Virus record (IMG/VR): IMGVR_UViG_3300047476_002124
Coordinates: 4,133-68,132 of that record
Direction: 5' to 3' (one strand)
DNA: 64,000 nt
From: a virus
Position 1 is the stretch's first letter. Each line of letters starts with the position of its first letter. The notes below the pieces were generated by a model, which did not search any database, had not been told where the DNA came from, and saw nothing but the letters and a program-made list of their open reading frames with translations. Position numbers and translations under genes: made by a program. This document shows, piece by piece, positions 56,955 to 64,000 of the stretch.

Positions 56955-59086
56955 TGGCACAATTCGATTATACAATATTAGTCACGGGAGATTGTCAAAG
57001 TAACCTTGGAGGGTCTATAAGTATATTACCTTTTGGAGGTACACCTCCTTATACCGTTGAGTGGACAACACCTAATTTAGGGTCAGATATTTTAACTATT
57101 TTACCTTCCATAAGAAGTGGACTAGCTAGTGGTACTTATGCCGTTAGATTGAACGACTCCACTCTACCAATAAACAACGAGTTTTTTGTGAATATACCAG
57201 TGTCGGATGGAGTTTGTGTGACAATAGATGATTCTAATGGAACGACATGTGGATTAAATAATGGTTCGATAACAGGAAGTTCATCAACAGAATATTCTTC
57301 AGCATCTTTTTATCTTTATAGTGGTACGGGAGAATTAGTAACGTCAGCGGTCACTAATACAGATACTATAGTATTTTCCAATCTGACAGCAGGTACTTAT
57401 AATGTTGCGGTATTGGATTTAGGGGGATGTACTGGATTCAGTGAAACTATAGTAATTGAAGATTCATCTCAATTTGATTACGGTCTTTATATAGTACCCA
57501 ACTCAAGTTGTGGGGATAGTTTTTTAGGTAAGATTTACGTCACGGGAGAAACAGGTCCGTCCCCATACACATATTTGTGGAGTAACGGACAAACAACAAG
57601 TTACATAACTGGTCTAACCGAAGGTAGTTATTCGGTCACAGTTACAAATGCGGATGGGTGTGTTGTGAGTAAAGGTGCTGAAGTAACGAGAGTACAACCC
57701 GTAGGGTTCGGAAATTTTGTGGTCACACAACCAACATGTTTTTCTAATGATGGGGTTCTTACAATGACAATTACTGGAGGAACTGCACCATTTTATTATT
57801 CAGCAAGTACAGGTGATTTTGCAATATCATATTCAACAACTTACAGTATATCAGGACTTACACCAGGTCAAATAAGTATAAAAGTGACTGATTCAGGGTT
57901 CTGTACATTCACAGAAACAACACAACTTGTAACTCCTAATGGTATGAGTTCTGTATCGATTACGGGTAGTAATTCTACATGTTCGAATACAGATGGTTCG
58001 ATTTTGGTTTCGGTTCAAGGAGGCTCAACACCTTATACGTATACTTTGATTAATCCTACCGGAGACACAGACGTGGTGTCAAATAATAATACAACACAGG
58101 AGTTTACAAATCTGACCGCAGGAACTTATTCTGTCTTTGTGGAAGACAGTTCAGGGTGTTCGTATAATGATGAAATAACTTTAATCACAGAAAATAAATT
58201 TACAATATCAACACAAATTACTGGCTCAACCTGTGGTCTAAACAACGCTACGGTCGAGGTTTTGAAATCTACAGGTGGTACAGAACCTTTTGATTATATT
58301 TTGGACGGGACAAGCCAGATAATTGATACTACTCAATCGGCTGTCACGTTTACAGACGTAAGTCAAGGAAATCACACCGTTTCAGTAGTTGATGCCGACG
58401 GATGTACACAAACTACAAATTTCTTCATAAGTTATTCTGAGCCAATTTCATATAGTTTATATTCTAACTCATGTGGAACAGGTAACGAAGGTAGCATAAC
58501 TGCATTCATTTCATCGGGAGTTCCTCCATTTACTTTTTATTGGTCTGAAAACGTGCCCAACAATCCACAAGAAATAGCTGTAACAGGATTGACTGCAGGT
58601 ACATACAGTGTAACTATTGTAGATAGCACAGGATGTTCATTGAGTAGAACAACTGATTTAGTCTGTAGTCAGAGTTTCATTTCATACCAACTTTATACAA
58701 TGGGACAGGAAGAATTCCAACTTCAGTCAGGTACCAAATGTGGCCTGTTACAAATGTTGAATGAAGGATTTGTGGATTTGACATCGGTGAACGAAGGATG
58801 TGTTCTGAATTCTGCGGTATTCATTGCAAAAGTAAGTGTTGACCCTACAGGTCTTACATACACAAATTCATTCTATACTGCAACTACATTGAATCAGGCA
58901 CCTTCGGATAATTTATGGTATAATACATTGACAAGTTTACTTACATCAGTACCAGGAATTCAATCTGTTACAATAGATGCTTTGAGTAATAAAATTACAA
59001 TACAAACTACTGTGGGAGGACCACTAAACAATCAAATTATAACGGTTGATGTCTTAATAGAATATGACATCACATGTAGACAATGA
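56954..59086 (+). CDS. SprB-repeat-containing fibre/adhesin-like virion protein
   Basis: Start likely at the ATG at 56954 (TAATG coupling). About seven repeats of the form TC..N.GSI...GGT.PY.Y.W...GL.AG.Y.V.V.D..GC. Confidence 0.75.
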   Translation: MAQFDYTILVTGDCQSNLGGSISILPFGGTPPYTVEWTTPNLGSDILTILPSIRSGLASGTYAVRLNDSTLPINNEFFVNIPVSDGVCVTIDDSNGTTCGLNNGSITGSSSTEYSSASFYLYSGTGELVTSAVTNTDTIVFSNLTAGTYNVAVLDLGGCTGFSETIVIEDSSQFDYGLYIVPNSSCGDSFLGKIYVTGETGPSPYTYLWSNGQTTSYITGLTEGSYSVTVTNADGCVVSKGAEVTRVQPVGFGNFVVTQPTCFSNDGVLTMTITGGTAPFYYSASTGDFAISYSTTYSISGLTPGQISIKVTDSGFCTFTETTQLVTPNGMSSVSITGSNSTCSNTDGSILVSVQGGSTPYTYTLINPTGDTDVVSNNNTTQEFTNLTAGTYSVFVEDSSGCSYNDEITLITENKFTISTQITGSTCGLNNATVEVLKSTGGTEPFDYILDGTSQIIDTTQSAVTFTDVSQGNHTVSVVDADGCTQTTNFFISYSEPISYSLYSNSCGTGNEGSITAFISSGVPPFTFYWSENVPNNPQEIAVTGLTAGTYSVTIVDSTGCSLSRTTDLVCSQSFISYQLYTMGQEEFQLQSGTKCGLLQMLNEGFVDLTSVNEGCVLNSAVFIAKVSVDPTGLTYTNSFYTATTLNQAPSDNLWYNTLTSLLTSVPGIQSVTIDALSNKITIQTTVGGPLNNQIITVDVLIEYDITCRQ

Positions 59087-61005
59087 CACAAGTAAGAATT
59101 GATACCATAACTGGGGTTAGTTATCCTATAGACATATACGTTGCTGACGTATACGGTAATAATAGGACATATTTAGCGACCGTTGTTAGTGGACCCGTTC
59201 CTCCAGAATTGGCTTATACAACACTACCGCCTCTTTTTGATAATGCTCCTGCGGTAATGATAATTGTACTCGATGCTAACAATTGTGAAAAATTTGAAAT
59301 AGTTCCATGTACCGTACCATCAACACCAACCCTAACACCAACCCCAACAGTTACATCAACACCAACCCTAACACCAACTCTAACATTAACTCCAACACTT
59401 ACATCTACACCAACTTTAACCCAAACGCCTACACTTACTCTTACACCAGGATTGAGCCCAACTGTGACACCTACACTAACAAGTACCCCAACCGTTACAC
59501 CAACACAATCCGTAACACAAACAAATACACCAACACCATCTGCAACTCAAACAAGTACACCAACAACAACACCAACCCTAACACCAACTCAAACACTAAC
59601 ATCAACACCAGCAAATACACCAACGCAAACACCAACTCAAACAGAATCTGCAACCCCAACCCCAACATCAACACAAACACCAACTCTAACAGAGTCTGCG
59701 ACCCCAACTCCAACACCAACTTCTTCACCAACACTAACACCTACATTGACCACAACTCCAACGGTAACACCAACACCATCCGCAACACCGGCAGTAATTA
59801 CGTTTGCTTATTTAATAATGGATGTAAATACCGTAGCGCAAAGAAACGAATTGGCAACATACATGTTAAGTCAAGGAAGTACTTGGGGTGGATTCAATAT
59901 CGGTAATCCTTTAGGTGCGTTAGGTGATAGCCCATTAGATGTCACTACACCAGCTGTATCAACAGGTGCCGCTGGAATGCCTAACTCACCGGCAATAACT
60001 ACGGCTACAAACGGAGATGTTATTGTTTCTCTTGGATTCTTAGATGACGAAGTGGTTGCTTCATCAGTGACTGCACCAGCAGGATACACTTTAATCGGTG
60101 CTGCACAATATGGTATTATAGAAAATGGTGCAACTGTGATGGCGGCATTTACACAACAAGCCACTGCAGGAGCAACCAATCCTGGTGCTTTCGGTGGTGC
60201 AGGTACAGATGCATGGGTTGGTTCAACATTTGCATTAAGACCTGTAGCGGGAACTATACCACAAATTTCATACGTAGGTCAAACACAATCAATAACTACA
60301 ACCATAACCTTACCAACAGGTCTACAAGAAAACGACTTGGTAATTATAGCAAGTGCTAGTGATGCTACTGCACAAACAATACCTGCGGGATATACTAATG
60401 GTCAGAATGGAAACCAAGGAGTACAGTACAGGTGGTCTTACAAATTTATGGGAGCAACCCCTGACACTACAGCAACAGGATTGGCAGCAAACTCTGTACA
60501 TATTGCATTTGCGTTCAGAGGAGTAAGTGGTCCTATTGTTGCTCAAACAAACTTTAACAATAGATTTAATTCATACATTAGTTACTCAGGATGGGGAGGA
60601 ACCCAACCTGCAATACTAAGTGCACCAATATCCAACGTTTCTGCAGGAGTAGATGCGTTCGGAGTACCAGTTGTTGCAGGAAGATTCCAAACAACCGAGG
60701 TATCAGGGGCCACTCTACCTGTTACAGGTGGTCAAAGTCCACAAGCTTGGTATACATGGTTCGTTCCAACAGGAGCAACACCAGGTCAGGCATACACTGC
60801 AATATCAATGAGTAGAAACTCTGCAACACAACAAGAAATTGGTGCGACCTTGAACTTCTACAATAGAGTTGTTAATTATACAGGAACAACTATACCGGCA
60901 GGATACTATAGAGTTTATACTTCATATTCTCAGAATGGACTTAGACCAAGACTAAATGGACAAAGTTTCTACTTTAGAGGTGGAAATACTAGAGTAAATG
61001 TGTAG
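59083..61005 (+). CDS. Fibre/appendage protein with long Pro/Thr mucin-like linker and C-terminal beta domains
   Basis: N-terminal anchor-like domain (PIDIYVADVYG...DANNCE), about 160 aa (TP)n stalk, then Ala/Gly/Thr-rich globular domains. Confidence 0.7.
   Translation: MTQVRIDTITGVSYPIDIYVADVYGNNRTYLATVVSGPVPPELAYTTLPPLFDNAPAVMIIVLDANNCEKFEIVPCTVPSTPTLTPTPTVTSTPTLTPTLTLTPTLTSTPTLTQTPTLTLTPGLSPTVTPTLTSTPTVTPTQSVTQTNTPTPSATQTSTPTTTPTLTPTQTLTSTPANTPTQTPTQTESATPTPTSTQTPTLTESATPTPTPTSSPTLTPTLTTTPTVTPTPSATPAVITFAYLIMDVNTVAQRNELATYMLSQGSTWGGFNIGNPLGALGDSPLDVTTPAVSTGAAGMPNSPAITTATNGDVIVSLGFLDDEVVASSVTAPAGYTLIGAAQYGIIENGATVMAAFTQQATAGATNPGAFGGAGTDAWVGSTFALRPVAGTIPQISYVGQTQSITTTITLPTGLQENDLVIIASASDATAQTIPAGYTNGQNGNQGVQYRWSYKFMGATPDTTATGLAANSVHIAFAFRGVSGPIVAQTNFNNRFNSYISYSGWGGTQPAILSAPISNVSAGVDAFGVPVVAGRFQTTEVSGATLPVTGGQSPQAWYTWFVPTGATPGQAYTAISMSRNSATQQEIGATLNFYNRVVNYTGTTIPAGYYRVYTSYSQNGLRPRLNGQSFYFRGGNTRVNV
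59311..59793 (+). repeat. Degenerate ACACCA-type coding repeat (Thr-Pro linker)
   Basis: TPTLTPTPTVTSTPT... over about 480 bp, strongly A/C skewed. Confidence 0.9.
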
Positions 61006-61035
61006 TTAAAAACTAAATAAAAATATTTATAAGAA

Positions 61036-63621
61036 ATGCCGATAGACGAAACTAATTCATTACCGATTATCAACTATGGAGGAGATGATAATTACCTAGA
61101 GATGGGTAATGATGGTCTTATTACCTTCCAAGGAGTAGGACCGTTAGTTCCGTTACCACCAACCAATGACGGTATCACTTGGGACGTTTATAATATTGGT
61201 GGTTACATGTCAGTTAATTATCTTTCTGACTTACTTTTTACGATACCATCAGGGACAACAGGTGAAATCGTTGATATTAATACAACTATACCAATTGATT
61301 TCGATTATTTTGACCCTATAGGGTTTCCCAATGTAATTCACCTCAATAATGATGGAATCTCCTCAGGTAGAAGAAAGGTTGGTATGCTTGTTTATGTTGC
61401 GGAAACTAATAAAGTTTATCAATATTCATTTGAGAATTATTCTCAGTTATATACAGATGCTTTAGCTTCAGGAGCACTTTATGAGTTTTATTCAGAATTT
61501 ACATATCCAACAGACCCTCCAGGTACTAAAGAAATTATTAATTCGATAGAATGTAATTCAAGTACACCTGAAGGATTGGCGTTTATAGAAGCGTGGACAG
61601 GAAATACAATCGAGGGTATAGATGGAGTGTCAAGAGATGATGCTAAGTGGAAGATATTTCCTCTAGACATTTACATAACCGGAGGAACTTATTTTAGTGC
61701 AACATCTACTCTAGATTTATATAATAATACTGGAGGAACAATAAGTGTTACCGGTTTAACTACAACCACACCTCTTACAATATCAAGTGGAGGTACATTA
61801 GTTGCGTCTGGTGTGACATCAATAGATTTTGAAGGTTCAGGTTTCACAGTGACTGCAACTGGAACCTCTGTAACACTAAGTTTCAGTGGAGGTACTGGTA
61901 ATTCAGGTTCGAGTGGTACATCAGGTACCAGTGGAGTTGACGGTGTTTCAGGAACTTCTGGTACATCAGGTACCAGTGGAGTTGACGGTGTTTCAGGAAC
62001 TTCTGGTACATCAGGTACCAGTGGAGTGGATGGCGTTTCAGGAACTTCTGGTACATCAGGTACTAGTGGAGTGGATGGCGTTTCAGGAACTTCTGGCACA
62101 TCAGGCACTAGTGGTGTTGATGGTGTTTCAGGAACTTCTGGTACATCAGGCACTAGTGGTGTTGATGGTGTTTCAGGAACTTCTGGTACATCAGGAACAA
62201 GCGGTTCTTCAGGAACTGATGGTAGTTCTGGTTCATCAGGTAGTTCAGGTACATCTGGTTCTTCGGGAACAAGCGGTAGTTCAGGAACTGATGGTAGTTC
62301 TGGTTCATCTGGTTCGAGTGGAACATCTGGTTCTTCAGGAACAAGCGGTAGTTCAGGAACTGATGGTAGTTCTGGTTCATCAGGTTCATCAGGTAGTTCA
62401 GGTACATCTGGTTCTTCAGGAACAAGCGGTAGTTCAGGAACTGATGGTAGTTCTGGTTCATCAGGTAGTTCAGGTACATCTGGTTCTTCAGGAACAAGCG
62501 GTAGTTCAGGAACTGATGGTAGTTCTGGTTCATCAGGTAGTTCAGGTACATCTGGTTCTTCAGGAACAAGCGGTAGTTCAGGAACTGATGGTAGTTCTGG
62601 TTCATCGGGTTCTAGTGGAACATCTGGTTCTTCAGGTAGTTCAGGAACAAGTGGCAGCTCAGGTTCATCTGGTAGTTCTGGCTCATCAGGAAGTTCTGGT
62701 ACAAGTGGTTCTTCAGGAACTAGCGGTAGTTCAGGAACAAGCGGAACCTCTATAAAACTTTCGGGAAGTTCAGTGACTTGTATTTCACTCCCCCTTAATA
62801 TTTGTGTCACACTAACTCCGACCGTCACTTTACAGTTGAGTGATACCCCTACACCAACACCTACTCCTACCCCAACCCCAACTGAAACTCTACCAATACC
62901 AACCCCAACACCAACTACGGCACAAACGGCTTATTTGAATTTATGTCTACCAGACGTAGTGCCTCCGAGTGGAATAGTTGAATGGTGTTTCTATTCGCAA
63001 ACAAGTACTGACTGTAATAGTGAGAGGATTAATGTAGACCAAACAGTAGGGTTAAATTATGACATATATCTCTGTGTACCACCATATGGTCCTGGAGATT
63101 GTGCTTCGATTTGTTCTGGTTACGTTACATTGAGTGCTGGAACAAGTTGTAATTGTTCATTATATTGTGATGCAACAGGAAGTGAAGGACTTGTTATATC
63201 GGCACAAACAATCGGTGGAATTTTCCCAACACCTACAGGTAGTTCAATAAATTATCAAATTGGAAATATATGTTACAGTGGTTGTTCAGGTTGCACAACC
63301 CCAACTCCAACACCAACTGAAACTCTACCAATACCAACTCCAACACCAACACCAACTGAAACTCTACCAATACCAACTCCAACACCAACTCCTGTGAATT
63401 GTGATTGTTACAGATTCCAAAACGAGACAATTACGTCGGATGATATAACTTATACTAATTGTTCTGGTGTTGAGGTTACGATAACAATGTCACCATCAGA
63501 GATACAATATAAATGTGTGAGAAGTGGAACTTCTATTACAACCGCAACTATAACATATGTTCCGTGTACAAGCCCTACGTCTTGTACAGACGATACAAAT
63601 TGTTCTGGATGTAGTTTTTAA
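61036..63621 (+). CDS. Fibre-like protein with Gly-X-Y (Ser/Thr) repeat, Pro/Thr linkers and Cys-rich C-terminal domains
   Basis: [10 protein letters not shown] motif, about 285 aa with Gly at every third residue (GTS/GSS/GVD/GTD), (TP)n linkers, many Cys in the C-terminus. Confidence 0.75.
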   Translation: MPIDETNSLPIINYGGDDNYLEMGNDGLITFQGVGPLVPLPPTNDGITWDVYNIGGYMSVNYLSDLLFTIPSGTTGEIVDINTTIPIDFDYFDPIGFPNVIHLNNDGISSGRRKVGMLVYVAETNKVYQYSFENYSQLYTDALASGALYEFYSEFTYPTDPPGTKEIINSIECNSSTPEGLAFIEAWTGNTIEGIDGVSRDDAKWKIFPLDIYITGGTYFSATSTLDLYNNTGGTISVTGLTTTTPLTISSGGTLVASGVTSIDFEGSGFTVTATGTSVTLSFSGGTGNSGSSGTSGTSGVDGVSGTSGTSGTSGVDGVSGTSGTSGTSGVDGVSGTSGTSGTSGVDGVSGTSGTSGTSGVDGVSGTSGTSGTSGVDGVSGTSGTSGTSGSSGTDGSSGSSGSSGTSGSSGTSGSSGTDGSSGSSGSSGTSGSSGTSGSSGTDGSSGSSGSSGSSGTSGSSGTSGSSGTDGSSGSSGSSGTSGSSGTSGSSGTDGSSGSSGSSGTSGSSGTSGSSGTDGSSGSSGSSGTSGSSGSSGTSGSSGSSGSSGSSGSSGTSGSSGTSGSSGTSGTSIKLSGSSVTCISLPLNICVTLTPTVTLQLSDTPTPTPTPTPTPTETLPIPTPTPTTAQTAYLNLCLPDVVPPSGIVEWCFYSQTSTDCNSERINVDQTVGLNYDIYLCVPPYGPGDCASICSGYVTLSAGTSCNCSLYCDATGSEGLVISAQTIGGIFPTPTGSSINYQIGNICYSGCSGCTTPTPTPTETLPIPTPTPTPTETLPIPTPTPTPVNCDCYRFQNETITSDDITYTNCSGVEVTITMSPSEIQYKCVRSGTSITTATITYVPCTSPTSCTDDTNCSGCSF
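61895..62750 (+). repeat. Hierarchical coding tandem repeat: six 45-bp units ([15 protein letters not shown]) then six GTDG units about 72 bp apart, on a 9-bp base period
   Basis: GVDGV occurs 6 times. ACTGATGGT occurs at about 62215, 62287, 62359, 62440, 62512 and 62584 (spacing 72/72/81/72/72). Confidence 0.92.
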
Positions 63622-63637
63622 AATATGAAAAAATAAA

Positions 63638-64000
63638 ATGGAATTACAAACACCATATTGTCCGATAACTATAACAGCCTCAACAGGAATGGATTTTGTT
63701 GTAGGAAGTTTCATTCAATTAACGTATGATGTTAATAATTTCATTTTAGCACAAGTCGATTCTTATGACCCAAATACAGGTGTATTAACCTTTACTCCGT
63801 ATTATTATGAAGGTTCTGGTAATTATTGTGATTGGCAAATATCGTTAGCGGGATTAGGTGGAACCTCAGGTTCATCAGGAAGTTCTGGCACAAGTGGCTC
63901 ATCAGGTTCTAGCGGTAGTTCTGGTACGTCTGGCTCATCAGGAAGTTCTGGCACAAGTGGTTCTTCAGGTTCTAGTGGAACATCTCTGTCTCATATACAA
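63638..64000 (+). CDS. 3'-truncated second Gly-Ser-Thr repeat fibre protein (not in ORF track)
   Basis: Manual translation MELQTPYCPITITASTGMDFVVGSFIQLTYDVNNFILAQVDSYDPNTGVLTF...[24 protein letters not shown]...; open to the end of the window. Confidence 0.8.
   Translation, partial: MELQTPYCPITITASTGMDFVVGSFIQLTYDVNNFILAQVDSYDPNTGVLTFTPYYYEGSGNYCDWQISLAGLGGTSGSSGSSGTSGSSGSSGSSGTSGSSGSSGTSGSSGSSGTSLSHIQ

Noticed and set aside
59307-59906. 199-aa Asn/Thr-rich alternate-frame ORF
   Set aside because: Frame shadow of the Thr-Pro ACACCA repeat.
61895-62750. Possible CRISPR array
   Set aside because: Repeats are contiguous, codon-degenerate and in frame, with no unique spacers and no cas genes.
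61689-62828. 379-aa minus-strand ORF (PELPDEP repeats) and the other alternate-frame ORFs at 61886-62755 and 62153-62605
   Set aside because: Shadows of the Gly-Ser-Thr repeat, whose codons lack stops in other frames; no independent start signals.
1-64000. Stop-codon reassignment (code 15 or 4) as seen in some large phages
   Set aside because: Long genes are intact under code 11, and TAG, TGA and TAA all end genes at sensible boundaries (for example TAG at 13487, 17405, 42260, 61005).
56954-64000. Diversity-generating retroelement acting on fibre genes
   Set aside because: No reverse transcriptase and no template/variable repeat pair with adenine-specific mismatches are visible in the window.

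Overview
This 64 kb, AT-rich window is a segment of a large lytic myovirus with a T4-like contractile tail, read in the standard genetic code. Its host is probably a Bacteroidota (inferred from SprB-repeat proteins and A-rich leaders lacking Shine-Dalgarno sequences). From left to right it holds: a cluster of fused glycosyltransferase/methyltransferase genes; a family B DNA polymerase; an inverted block (neck protein, SNF2 helicase, SET methyltransferase); neck, tail terminator, sheath, tube, tail chaperone, tape measure and baseplate hub genes; a replication/recombination block (gp32-like SSB, UvsX, RNase H/FEN, DnaB-like helicase, class II RNR); and baseplate wedge and fibre genes ending in Pro/Thr- and Gly-Ser-Thr-repeat proteins. 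No capsid, portal, terminase, tRNA, CRISPR array or integrase is visible. The main candidate for a new system is a [S/T]-[G/A]-x-[S/T] motif that recurs in virion proteins, is polymerised in the fibre repeats, and co-occurs with phage glycosyl/methyltransferases, suggesting sequon-directed virion glycosylation. Other highlights are a likely +1 (UUU_CGC) frameshift in the tail chaperone, a TATTTAT(A) late-promoter-like motif, an N-terminal I-I-x-E-S capsid-targeting-like motif, and two small genes missed by the ORF track, one with an in-frame TAA. All calls come from reading motifs by eye; no database search was run.
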